DNA of 57,334 nt from Verrucomicrobiota bacterium (GTDB lineage Bacteria > Verrucomicrobiota > Verrucomicrobiia > Verrucomicrobiales > DEV007): positions 1 to 57,334 of the forward strand of contig JAHDFZ010000001.1 in assembly GCA_020627905.1 (NCBI GenBank). The letters are read 5' to 3'. The notes under the pieces were generated by a model. It was not told the DNA's origin. It was given only the letters and a program-made list of their open reading frames with translations, and ran no database searches. Positions 47,515-57,101 of the stretch are shown piece by piece. How positions within the stretch are numbered: position 1 is the first letter of the stretch; every line of letters begins with the position of its first letter. The translations under genes and the position numbers were made by a program.

Positions 47515-49215
47515 CTATTCAGCAGTTGCCTCGGGAGTTTCAGGGCTTGGTTCCAGCCCTTCAGGCAGGAGTTCAGGACGGATCTGCAGAATGTCCGGCT
47601 GCTCGATCCGATGATCGTAGAGCACGTTGTATTGCTGATTAATCCGCTCGTGAGCGTCAGCAGCTTCTTCACGACGCAGGATGACCGGGCGCTCTTCATT
47701 GAGGAGTCGGATCACATGGAAATCGGATTTCCCATCCTCCGCCGCATCACCATTGAGGGCATCGTAAACATCCTGCAGGACATTGATTTTCTTCCCGTTG
47801 ATCGAGTCGACGATCCGGCCAGCGTATGGCTGCACATGCGTGTTGATCGAATCCGGCAGGACAGAAGTCAGCACGATGGGTTGCGGCCGCTCCCGATACA
47901 GCTCGTCCTCCATGTAGAAATCGTAGTAGTAGCGCGTGAGGGAATCGCCAATCTTAAAGGTGCGCATCAATGGGTTGTTCAGCGGCTGGAACTGCATACC
48001 GGAGTAGAGAACGAAGTTCGGCTTCTGGTCATAGGTGTTCGCCTGCATGAGGTAGGGGATGTAGCGGTCCAGCTCGATCGAGAGAGTCAGGGGTTCTTTA
48101 TCACGCTGCACCTGCAGCTCGACGGTGTCCCCGGCAAACTTCCGCTCGATGATTTCGTTCAGATTCACGCGCTCCCCCTCGATCTCGATGAACCCATCGC
48201 TGAAAATCGGAAAGTCATCGATAGAGAGAAGCACATCGCCTGTCTGCAGGTAGGGGCCGGCTGAACCGGCGGCATCAGCCTTGGCGACCATAACGCCCAA
48301 GCCATCGTTCGGCAGTCCCAGCGCAGCCCGCTGTGCCGGGTTCAGGATGGGCAGAATGGTGGTGGCCAGATCCACGTAGTGATCATAGCTGCCGTCCTCC
48401 ACATCGGTGAGAAAGCGTTTGATGACAGGCACGGGGATCATGTAGCTGGTCCCCTGCGCTACATCGCCGCTGTAGCCCTGAAAGGCGACGCCGACGACCT
48501 TGTTTCGCTGCAGAACAGGCCCGCCAGAGTTACCGGGGTTGATCGCAGCATCGATCTGGATGGTCAGGTGGTTGTCGACAGCGGAGTGGGCATAGCCGCG
48601 GAAGTCGATCCGGGAGACGATGCCTCGTGTGACCGAGATGCGCTCTCCGCCGATGGGGTATCCGACAGCGATGACAGTTGTGTTCAGTTTCGGGATCCCT
48701 CCGATGTAGAGAGATTCAACATCGGCGAAGCCCTCCTGATAGCGGTCCTCGTCGACGATCTCCAGCAGAGCCAGGTCGCAATCATGAGCGACATGTAGCA
48801 CCCGTGCCTCGAAGGGCTGTGGGTCAGAGACCTGCTTGAGGTAGATGAGGCGGGCATCGCTCACCACATGCGCATTCGTCAGGAAGCGGTTGGGCCCCAC
48901 GAGGAAGCCGGTGCCGTTTCCGCTGCCCATGCCCCCGGAATTCCACGGGACTCGGTAATTCGGCTTCCGGGTTTCCACCTCGACTCGCACGACTGCATCG
49001 AGGTTGATTTCTGAGATGCTGGCGTCATCAGCGAGGTTTTCCTTTTTGACGATTGTGCTGTCGTCCTCTCCCTCATTGATTGGTGGTGGCTGCAGGGGCG
49101 ATGGAGAGCCTTCGATGCCCAGTTGAGCCTGCGACAGAGGTGCCGCGATGATCGCAAAGACAAAAGAAAGCCAAAGCCACTGTCGAGGCGGCAGGATAGA
49201 GAAAAAAGCGTTCAT
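47515..49215 (-). CDS. Deg/HtrA family trypsin-like serine protease with PDZ domains (plant Deg2/Deg9-like architecture)
   Basis: LTNAHVV, DCDLALL, IQIDAAINPGNSGGP; signal peptide. Confidence 0.92.
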   Translation of the reverse strand: MNAFFSILPPRQWLWLSFVFAIIAAPLSQAQLGIEGSPSPLQPPPINEGEDDSTIVKKENLADDASISEINLDAVVRVEVETRKPNYRVPWNSGGMGSGNGTGFLVGPNRFLTNAHVVSDARLIYLKQVSDPQPFEARVLHVAHDCDLALLEIVDEDRYQEGFADVESLYIGGIPKLNTTVIAVGYPIGGERISVTRGIVSRIDFRGYAHSAVDNHLTIQIDAAINPGNSGGPVLQRNKVVGVAFQGYSGDVAQGTSYMIPVPVIKRFLTDVEDGSYDHYVDLATTILPILNPAQRAALGLPNDGLGVMVAKADAAGSAGPYLQTGDVLLSIDDFPIFSDGFIEIEGERVNLNEIIERKFAGDTVELQVQRDKEPLTLSIELDRYIPYLMQANTYDQKPNFVLYSGMQFQPLNNPLMRTFKIGDSLTRYYYDFYMEDELYRERPQPIVLTSVLPDSINTHVQPYAGRIVDSINGKKINVLQDVYDALNGDAAEDGKSDFHVIRLLNEERPVILRREEAADAHERINQQYNVLYDHRIEQPDILQIRPELLPEGLEPSPETPEATAE

Positions 49216-49263
49216 GAAATTTAATTAGTGAATGCGTCAACCGGAGGCTTCAGCGTCTTACGT

Positions 49264-50379
49264 TTATACGTTAAATCGGAATTCAACGACATCGCCATCT
49301 TTCATGACGTAGTCTTTCCCCTCGATGCGCAGCTTGCCAGCCTCACGGGCTTTCGCATTGCTGCCCAAGTCGACGAGGTCGTCGAAATGCACGATCTCCG
49401 CGGCGATGAAGCCGCGCTCGAAGTCTGTATGAATCACTCCTGCCGCCTGCGGAGCTTTCGCACCCGCCGGGATCGGCCAGGCGCGAGTTTCTTTCTCTCC
49501 GGTCGTTAGGTAAGTCTGCAGGCCGAGGAGCTCGTAAACACCTTTGATGAGAGTGGAGACACCCGAATCCGGCACGCCCATGTCTGCCAGGAACTCCTGC
49601 GCTTCCTCTGGTGAGAGTTCCATCATTTCCTCCTCGATACGCGCGGAGATGACGATACTTTCAGCTCCGTGAGATTCCGCTGCGTAGGCGCGCACCCGCT
49701 TGACCATCTCATTCGACTCCGGATCCTCCAGCACGGTGGCCAGCTCATCCTCTGAGACATTGCAGGCGAAGATCGTCTTCTTTGAACTGAGGAGGAAAAA
49801 CTCACGAAGGAGCAGGCGCTCGTCGTCGGTGAGGTCTGCTGTGAGCGATGGCTTCCCTTCGTCGAGATGAGGCATCAGCTTATCGATGAGATCGACCTCG
49901 CGCTTGCTCTCTTTGTCACCGCTTTTCGCCTTCTTCTCGCGAGAGCTGCGGCGCTTCTCCAGAGCGGCCATGTCTGCGAGGATCAGCTCGGAGTTGATGA
50001 TCTCGATGTCACGGATGGGATCGACGGATCCGAGCTCGTGAATGATGTCATCGTTCTCAAAACAGCGGACTACCTGGACGATGGCATCCACCTCGCGAAT
50101 GTTGGCGAGGAACTTATTCCCCAGTCCGGCACCCGCTGCCGCCCCCTCCACGAGACCGGCGATGTCGACAAACTCAATGGCAGTCGGGATGGTCTTCTGC
50201 GAAGAGGACATTTTGCTGAGCACGTCGAGCCGCTCATCGGGGACGGTCACGACGCCGATGTTGGGATCGATCGTGCAGAAAGGGTAGTTCGCTGCCTCTG
50301 CCTTCCGAGTGCGGGTGACCGCATTGAAGAGCGTGGATTTTCCTACGTTGGGGAGTCCGACAATACCTGCTTGTAACAT
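49264..50379 (-). CDS. ychF: Redox-regulated ribosome-binding ATPase YchF
   Basis: [56 protein letters not shown]. Confidence 0.97.
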   Translation of the reverse strand: MLQAGIVGLPNVGKSTLFNAVTRTRKAEAANYPFCTIDPNIGVVTVPDERLDVLSKMSSSQKTIPTAIEFVDIAGLVEGAAAGAGLGNKFLANIREVDAIVQVVRCFENDDIIHELGSVDPIRDIEIINSELILADMAALEKRRSSREKKAKSGDKESKREVDLIDKLMPHLDEGKPSLTADLTDDERLLLREFFLLSSKKTIFACNVSEDELATVLEDPESNEMVKRVRAYAAESHGAESIVISARIEEEMMELSPEEAQEFLADMGVPDSGVSTLIKGVYELLGLQTYLTTGEKETRAWPIPAGAKAPQAAGVIHTDFERGFIAAEIVHFDDLVDLGSNAKAREAGKLRIEGKDYVMKDGDVVEFRFNV

Positions 50380-50538
50380 GGGCCGACCCTAGCACGGCTT
50401 TTCTGCTATCGGGTAGCAAATTTCCTGAAAAAGCGCCTGCGAGGTCCGCGTAAAACTCCCGGTAACCCTCCTGACAAGTTTCTGACATCTTCGTTCTTTA
50501 CGGAAGGGGGCGTTTTCCCTCACTCTTTGTTACTGTTT

Positions 50539-53500
50539 ATGAAATTTCATCTCACACTTCTGCTGAGCGCCTTCTGCCTGAGTTCTCCGATTCTGCCGGC
50601 GGGAGAGGATGATGCCATCCCGCCTGCCCTCGAGGAATGGAAGGCATGGGTGCTCGCCGATCTGCCTGATCAGGATGCTGTCCCTGCCTATGATAATTTC
50701 GCGACGAAGCTGCCCATCTGGGCCTCGCTGCTGAACATCGAGATCGCTGAAGATGGCGGCAGTTTCAACCTGACTGGCGCAGCCTACGCTGACGGCATGC
50801 TGACCCTACCGGGTGGCTCAGGGGTCTGGCCGCAGCAGGTCCGTTTGAACGGCGAGGCCGTTCCGGTGAAACAGCATGGACCGAGACCGGCCATTCTTGT
50901 GGAGGCAGGTGACTTCACGATCGAGGGAGAGTGGCAGTGGGCGGAGGCACCGCAGCTGATTCCCGTGCCACCATCTATTGGCGTGGTCGAGCTGAGTCGG
51001 GGAGGCGAAAGCACGCGGCTGCCGGAGCGCACGCAGCAGGGCGATCTGCGGCTCAGGCAGGCAGCTGCCACCCGGACGGTCACGGAGGCGGACAGCATCG
51101 AGCCGAAGGTCTATCGTGTGATCCGTGATGGCATGCCGATGCAGCTGGAGACGCAGGTCGAGCTGCGGGTGACCGGGCAGAGTCGGGAGGAATCTCTGGG
51201 CAATATCCTGCCGGAAGGCTGGCGGGTGTCCTCTGTGGAGGCTCCTATCCCGGCAGCCGTCGGCCGCTCTGGGGAGCTGCGAGCGCAGGTGCGCCCTGGG
51301 ACATGGACAATCACCATTCAGGCCTTCAGCAGCTCGCCAGTGACGGAGTTTGCTCTCGTGCAGCCTGCGAAAGCCGTGGTGGAGGAGGAGTTCATCACGC
51401 TCGACACCGATCCTGACTTCCGGATCATCGAGCTGCGTGGGATTACCCAGATCGATGCGTCCCAGACGACGCTGCCGAATGAATGGAAAGGCTTTCCGGC
51501 CTTTCGCTGGGCGAGTGGAGAGCCGTTTCAGATCGTTGAGAGCTTTCGTGGTGAGGGAGATCAGCAGTCGACCGGGTTGACGGTCAATCGCACCTTCTGG
51601 CTCGATCAGGAAGGCGGTAGCCTCATCTTTCAGGACGAGGTGTCCGGCAGCTTGGAGGACCAGTGGCGGCTCGATGTCCTGCCTGGTCAGGAGCTAGGTG
51701 CCGTGCGGATGAATGGCGAGGGGCAATTGGTCACAAAGAACCCCGAGGGTGGCTCAGAGGGGGTGGAGGTCCGCTCCTCCAGCATCGATCTGGAAGCCAT
51801 CGGGAGCATTCCCGATAGCACGGGGTTTCCTGCTGGCGGCTGGGCTGCCGAGACGGAGTCAGTGAAGTCTACGCTGCATCTATCGCCCGGCTGGAGGCTC
51901 TTCGGGGTATCGGGAGCTGACTGGACATCAGGCGACTGGCTCAGTCAGTGGGATCTGCCTGCCGTCGCCATCATCATCGTGCTGACAGCGGTCATCTGCT
52001 ACCTCTACGGATGGGGGATCGGATTGCTCGCTCTTGTGACACTGACGCTCACGTTTCATGAGTCGGGCGCTCCTATTGCTGTTTGGTTTATGGTGCTGGT
52101 CGTGGGAGTCATCCGGCACTATGTGAAGAAGATCCCGGCCGGGGCGTCTCAAACAATCGGCGGGCTGATGGCGGCTGTGTTTGCTCTGATCGCTCTGCCC
52201 TTCGTGCTGAAGCAGGGACAGGCGGCGTTGTTTCCTCAGCTGGAGCGTTCTTCGTCGAGCGCTTCGTATTCCAGCGATGGCTTTGGGGGAGTTTCGCTCT
52301 CCACCAGTTTTCCGGCATCTAGGCAAGTTGTTTCCGAACAGGCAGCCTTCAAGTCGAAAGTCTTCAAGTCGAAAGACTTTTACAACCTCAAACAGGACAG
52401 CAAAGCCCGCATCCAGACAGGCCCAGGAGTGCCGCGCTGGACCTGGCGCAGTGCGCGGTTCGGATGGAGTGGCGACATTGACCCCAGTCATCAGGTGAAG
52501 CTGCACCTCATTCCTCCGGCCGTTCACCGCCTGCTGCTGGCGGCGCAGGTCATTTTTGTCCTCCTGCTCGGCTGGCTTCTCCTCCGGCTGAAGCCCCGCC
52601 TGGTCAGGCCCAAGAGGAAAAAACCGGCAGCTGCTATGGCCGCATTGGCAGCGACCTTGTTCGTGGTGGCGGCTCCTGAAGCCTCTGCACAGGAAGCCCC
52701 TGAGGCACCGCCGAGCTATTTGCTGGACGAGCTGAAAGAGCGTCTGACGAGGGCTCCCGATGCCTTCCCCGGTGCAGCCTCCATTCCTCACTACTCGATT
52801 TCGTTGGAAGGAGAAGCCTTCAACAGCGAGACGGAGATCCATGCCCTGGAGCGTTGTGCAGTGCCTCTGCCGGGAAAAGTGTCTGACTGGGGGCCGCTGT
52901 CGGTCGAGGTAGATGGAGCACCCGCAGCCGCCATGATGCGCTCGGATGGTTATCTCTGGATCGTCCTCGATCCTGGCGTTCATCAGGTGGTGACGCGCGG
53001 TGTGCTGGCGAGCGATCGGTCATGGACGTGGACTGCGCACCTCAAGCCGCAGAAAGTGGTGGTGCAAGCCAGTGATTGGTCGGTCACGGGGATTCGGCCG
53101 GATGGATCGCCCGAGAACCAGGTATTCTTCTCCCGCCAGACCACGCAGGAAGCCAAAAAAGCCAGCGTCCTCGAGCGCAAAGACTACGCATCTGCCGTGC
53201 GGGTGACCCGTAAGCTGGAGCTCGGCCTTGTGTGGGGGATTACCACGACCGTCAAGCGCCTCACGCCGACCGGGCAGGCCCTTTCTGTCACCGTTCCAAC
53301 GATCGCGAATGAACGCATCACTAGCACCCACGTCGAGGAAAAAGCAGGCGGCATTCCCATCCGTTTCGGACCGGAGGACACAGAGGTCACCTGGCAAAGC
53401 GCACTTAACCCGGTGAATGAGCTATCGCTGAAGGCGGTGGAAAATCCGAGCATGAATGAAGTCTGGGAAGTTACCGCCTCTCCTGTCTGGAATCTGTCCT

Positions 53501-54564
53501 TTGCTGGATTGCCCCCAGTCGTCCGCGAGGAGGATGGCTTCCTCACCCCCACCTGGCGCCCCTGGCCGGGGGAGAGTGCCGAGCTCTCCATCCTGCGTCC
53601 CAGGGCCGTGCAGGGGGAGACCATCACCGTCCACTCGGTCTCTCACAGCGTGAGTTTTGATCGACGGATCCGGGAAAGCTCCCTGCGGCTGGAGATCGAG
53701 GCCAGTCTCGGTCAGGAGCTGCCAATCGCTCTCCCGGCGGATAGCGAAATCAGAAGCCTGACCATTGATAAGGCCGACTACCCGGCTCGCACCGAGGGCG
53801 GCCAGCTGATACTGCCAGTGAAACCGGGCAATCAGACGATCGCCATCAGCTGGCGGGAGAAACACCAGATCCAGCTGGAGGAAACCACCGCCGCTATTGA
53901 TCTCGGAATCGCATCCTCGAATATTAGTGTCGGCATGAATCCACCGTCGAGTCGCTGGGTGCTGTGGGCCGATGGCCCGCTGCGCGGCCCCGTGGTGCTC
54001 ATGTGGCCTTTTCTTGTCTTGCTGCTGGTGGCTGCGTTTTTCCTGAGTCGCTGGCAGCACTCATCTTTCAGCTTTCCGGAGTGGGCGATCATGCTCGTGG
54101 GGCTGAGCCAGGCTCCCGCCGCAGCTCTGGTCTATCTCGCCTTCTACCTCTGCGTGCTGGCATTCCGTGGCAGGGAAGATTTCGCCAGGACCAATGCTGC
54201 CGTCTTCAATCTCACTCAGGTATTCCTCTTTTTCGGAGCCTTCCCGGTCATCCTCATTGCCGGGTTCTGTGTGAGCAAGGGGCTGACGGGGAATCCGGGC
54301 ATGCTCATCTCGAATGCAGAAAATTACCCGGGGAGCCGACTCGCCTGGTTCGAGCCGAAGTCCGAGGGTCCCCTTCCCGTGGCTGGCTTTTTCAGCGTGT
54401 CCGTCTGGTGGTTTCGCGGGCTCATGATGCTATGGACGCTCTGGCTGGCGTGGAAACTTCTGCGCTGGATCCCCATGGCCTGGTCTCAGGTGCAGGTCGG
54501 CGGCTGGGTGAAGGATTTCGGAATCCTGAAAAAGAAGGAACCGGCGAGCGACGATGCTCAATAG
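50539..54564 (+). CDS. Large secreted/membrane protein of unknown function, internally duplicated
   Basis: Signal peptide; two beta-rich extracytoplasmic regions each followed by a multi-TM block; start moved to ATG 50539. Confidence 0.8.
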   Translation: MKFHLTLLLSAFCLSSPILPAGEDDAIPPALEEWKAWVLADLPDQDAVPAYDNFATKLPIWASLLNIEIAEDGGSFNLTGAAYADGMLTLPGGSGVWPQQVRLNGEAVPVKQHGPRPAILVEAGDFTIEGEWQWAEAPQLIPVPPSIGVVELSRGGESTRLPERTQQGDLRLRQAAATRTVTEADSIEPKVYRVIRDGMPMQLETQVELRVTGQSREESLGNILPEGWRVSSVEAPIPAAVGRSGELRAQVRPGTWTITIQAFSSSPVTEFALVQPAKAVVEEEFITLDTDPDFRIIELRGITQIDASQTTLPNEWKGFPAFRWASGEPFQIVESFRGEGDQQSTGLTVNRTFWLDQEGGSLIFQDEVSGSLEDQWRLDVLPGQELGAVRMNGEGQLVTKNPEGGSEGVEVRSSSIDLEAIGSIPDSTGFPAGGWAAETESVKSTLHLSPGWRLFGVSGADWTSGDWLSQWDLPAVAIIIVLTAVICYLYGWGIGLLALVTLTLTFHESGAPIAVWFMVLVVGVIRHYVKKIPAGASQTIGGLMAAVFALIALPFVLKQGQAALFPQLERSSSSASYSSDGFGGVSLSTSFPASRQVVSEQAAFKSKVFKSKDFYNLKQDSKARIQTGPGVPRWTWRSARFGWSGDIDPSHQVKLHLIPPAVHRLLLAAQVIFVLLLGWLLLRLKPRLVRPKRKKPAAAMAALAATLFVVAAPEASAQEAPEAPPSYLLDELKERLTRAPDAFPGAASIPHYSISLEGEAFNSETEIHALERCAVPLPGKVSDWGPLSVEVDGAPAAAMMRSDGYLWIVLDPGVHQVVTRGVLASDRSWTWTAHLKPQKVVVQASDWSVTGIRPDGSPENQVFFSRQTTQEAKKASVLERKDYASAVRVTRKLELGLVWGITTTVKRLTPTGQALSVTVPTIANERITSTHVEEKAGGIPIRFGPEDTEVTWQSALNPVNELSLKAVENPSMNEVWEVTASPVWNLSFAGLPPVVREEDGFLTPTWRPWPGESAELSILRPRAVQGETITVHSVSHSVSFDRRIRESSLRLEIEASLGQELPIALPADSEIRSLTIDKADYPARTEGGQLILPVKPGNQTIAISWREKHQIQLEETTAAIDLGIASSNISVGMNPPSSRWVLWADGPLRGPVVLMWPFLVLLLVAAFFLSRWQHSSFSFPEWAIMLVGLSQAPAAALVYLAFYLCVLAFRGREDFARTNAAVFNLTQVFLFFGAFPVILIAGFCVSKGLTGNPGMLISNAENYPGSRLAWFEPKSEGPLPVAGFFSVSVWWFRGLMMLWTLWLAWKLLRWIPMAWSQVQVGGWVKDFGILKKKEPASDDAQ

Positions 54565-54615
54565 AGTGACTGCCATTTCACTGGAAAAGACACTGCTTTG
54601 GCTTTACAGGGTGGC

Positions 54616-55689
54616 ATGTCATACCCCCTAGACGATCTCCGTATCCGCAGCATTCGCCAGCTGATCGCACCGACCATCCTGCTTGAGTCTCAACCCGTGT
54701 CCGACGAAGCGGCTCGGCAGGTCGCTGAGTCGCGCAACGAGGCTGCTGCGATTCTCAACGGAGAGGACGACCGCCTCCTTGTCGTGGTCGGCCCCTGCTC
54801 GATTCACGATCCAAAATCGGCTCTCGAATATGCCGACCGATTGGCTGCGCTCAAACCCAGTCTGGAGAAAGATCTCTGTCTCATCATGCGGGTCTATTTC
54901 GAGAAGCCGCGCACCACAGTCGGCTGGAAGGGGTTGATCAATGACCCCCATCTCGACAATTCCTACGACATCAATCACGGGCTGGCGACAGCGCGCGCCC
55001 TCCTCCTGCAAATCGCTGAGAGAGGTATCGGAGCTGGGACGGAGTTTCTCGATACCATCAGTCCGCAGTTTGTCGCCGACCTGATTTCATGGGGCGCCAT
55101 CGGAGCGCGCACCACTGAGTGCCAGCTGCACCGTGAGCTTTCATCAGGACTCAGCATGCCGGTTGGATTTAAGAACGGCACCAGTGGCAACTATCAGATC
55201 GCTATTGATGCCATTCAGGCGGCTCAACAGTCGCACCAGTTTCTGTCTGTGACGAAATCGGGCGACGCTGCTATCGTGGCGACCGAGGGGAACAAAGACT
55301 GCCACATCATCCTGCGCGGTGGCAAAAACACCGGCACAAACTATCACGCCGAGGCTGTGCGCGAAGTCCGGCTCGCCATGGAGGGGAAAGGACTGGAGCC
55401 AGCGATCATGCTCGACTGCAGTCACGCCAACAGCGAGAAGGACCACCGCAAACAGCCGGCCGTTGCCGAGAACATCGGTGCGCAGGTCGCAGGTGGTGAT
55501 CGCTCCATCCGCGCCCTGATGATCGAGAGCCATCTGCAGGAGGGGAACCAGAAGCTGAATCCTGACCTCACGCAGCTGGAGTATGGCGTGAGTGTCACGG
55601 ATGCATGCGTGGATTGGGATACAACGGTAACCATGCTGGAAGGGCTGGCCAGTGCCGTGCGCACCCGCCGTGCGAGCCTGATTGCTTAA
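54616..55689 (+). CDS. 3-deoxy-7-phosphoheptulonate (DAHP) synthase, class I-alpha (AroF/G/H type)
   Basis: GPCSIHD, MRVYFEKPRTTVGWKGL, AIGARTTE, GFKNGT, DCSHANS, YGVSVTDAC. Confidence 0.95.
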   Translation: MSYPLDDLRIRSIRQLIAPTILLESQPVSDEAARQVAESRNEAAAILNGEDDRLLVVVGPCSIHDPKSALEYADRLAALKPSLEKDLCLIMRVYFEKPRTTVGWKGLINDPHLDNSYDINHGLATARALLLQIAERGIGAGTEFLDTISPQFVADLISWGAIGARTTECQLHRELSSGLSMPVGFKNGTSGNYQIAIDAIQAAQQSHQFLSVTKSGDAAIVATEGNKDCHIILRGGKNTGTNYHAEAVREVRLAMEGKGLEPAIMLDCSHANSEKDHRKQPAVAENIGAQVAGGDRSIRALMIESHLQEGNQKLNPDLTQLEYGVSVTDACVDWDTTVTMLEGLASAVRTRRASLIA

Positions 55690-55696
55690 CGAGACC

Positions 55697-56881
55697 ATGT
55701 CATTCGTAGACTGCATCAACCAGCTGGATGAGCAGGGCGGTCCGAACACGCCCCTGCTGCAGAAGTTCTGGAGTCTGCTCTCGCCAAAAACCCCTGCTGA
55801 GCTGGAGGCGATAGCGCAGCAGTCGCAGACGCTGACGCGGCAGAACTTCGGGCGCACACTGCGCCTGTTCGCACCTATCTACCTTTCTAACGAATGCGTT
55901 AACAACTGCGCCTACTGTGGTTTCTCCCGAGATAACGCGATCCTCCGGACGACCCTAACGGTCGCACAGGTGGTGGCAGAGGCCAAGCACCTGCAGGGGC
56001 AGGGGTTTCGCAATCTCCTGCTGGTGGCTGGCGAGCATCCTAAGTTCGTCTCAAACGGGTATCTGGAGGAATGTCTCGAAGCGCTCCGCGAGGAGGTGCC
56101 GACTCTGGGGATCGAGGTGGGACCGATGGAGCGGCCCGAGTATGAGCGCATGGTCGACTCTGGCTGTGAAGGGTTGATTGTCTATCAGGAAACCTACGAT
56201 CGGGTGGCTTATCAGAAGTATCACACAGCGGGTCCGAAGAAGAATTTCGATTGGAGACTGGAATGCCCTGAGCGCGGATACGATGCCGGCTTTCGCCGCA
56301 TCGGGATCGGTGCTCTCATCGGCCTGACGGACTGGCGTTATGACTGCCTGAGACTGGCCGCTCATCTGGAATATCTCTACCGCACCTGCTGGAAGGCCAG
56401 CTTCAGCATCGCCCTGCCCCGGCTTCGCGATGCGGCAGGGGACTTCGCCCAGGAACATACCCTGACTGATGCCGAATTTGTGCAGGCCCTATGTGCCTTT
56501 CGCATCTGTTTTCCACAGGTAGGGATCATCCTCAGCACACGGGAGCCTGAGCCGCTGCGCAACGCACTATTCCCCCTCGCTCCAACGATGATCAGTGCCG
56601 GCAGTCAGACTGAGCCGGGCGGCTACACCGGCCAGGCAGCTGATGACGTGCACCTGACCGTTCGCGGTCGGCGCGTCGAGCTGGATGATGAGACCGAGGC
56701 GATCCGCGATTGTTCGCAGTCCTGCGCGACTCCAGCTACGGGGCAGTTTTCGATTTCTGATGACCGGACACCGAGTGAGATCGCCCGGCATCTGCAGAAG
56801 ATCGGTCTGGAACCCGTCTGGAAGGATTGGGACACCAGTATTTTGTCACCGCAGGCAAATCCCCTTTCCCTTACGCCATGA
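55697..56881 (+). CDS. thiH: 2-iminoacetate synthase (tyrosine lyase), radical SAM
   Basis: FAPIYLSNECVNNCAYCGFS (CxxxCxxC), YQETY, LSTRE, SAGSQTEPGGY; adjacent to thiS. Confidence 0.93.
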   Translation: MSFVDCINQLDEQGGPNTPLLQKFWSLLSPKTPAELEAIAQQSQTLTRQNFGRTLRLFAPIYLSNECVNNCAYCGFSRDNAILRTTLTVAQVVAEAKHLQGQGFRNLLLVAGEHPKFVSNGYLEECLEALREEVPTLGIEVGPMERPEYERMVDSGCEGLIVYQETYDRVAYQKYHTAGPKKNFDWRLECPERGYDAGFRRIGIGALIGLTDWRYDCLRLAAHLEYLYRTCWKASFSIALPRLRDAAGDFAQEHTLTDAEFVQALCAFRICFPQVGIILSTREPEPLRNALFPLAPTMISAGSQTEPGGYTGQAADDVHLTVRGRRVELDDETEAIRDCSQSCATPATGQFSISDDRTPSEIARHLQKIGLEPVWKDWDTSILSPQANPLSLTP

Positions 56882-57081
56882 CCATCCAGCTGAACGGCAA
56901 TGCCTTTGAGATCGACGCTGAGACGATGACTGTTGCTCAGCTCGTGGCGCAACTTTCACCAAATGGGCCGCCCCTGCTCATCGAGCGGAATGGGAAAGCG
57001 GTTCTCGTGAGTGAGTTTGAAAACGAGCCTGTGGAAGATGGGGATACCATCGAGGCGATCCGCATGGTCGCCGGCGGGTGA
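56878..57081 (+). CDS. thiS: Sulfur carrier protein ThiS
   Basis: MTIQLNG...IERNG...GDTIEAIRMVAGG with a C-terminal GG; ATGA overlap with thiH. Confidence 0.92.
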   Translation: MTIQLNGNAFEIDAETMTVAQLVAQLSPNGPPLLIERNGKAVLVSEFENEPVEDGDTIEAIRMVAGG

Positions 57082-57101
57082 TTGCGGCCCGGAAGAGAAA
57101 T

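Noticed and set aside
54565-54615. TPP riboswitch ahead of the thi genes
   Set aside because: The intergenic gaps are too short and lack the conserved TPP aptamer motifs
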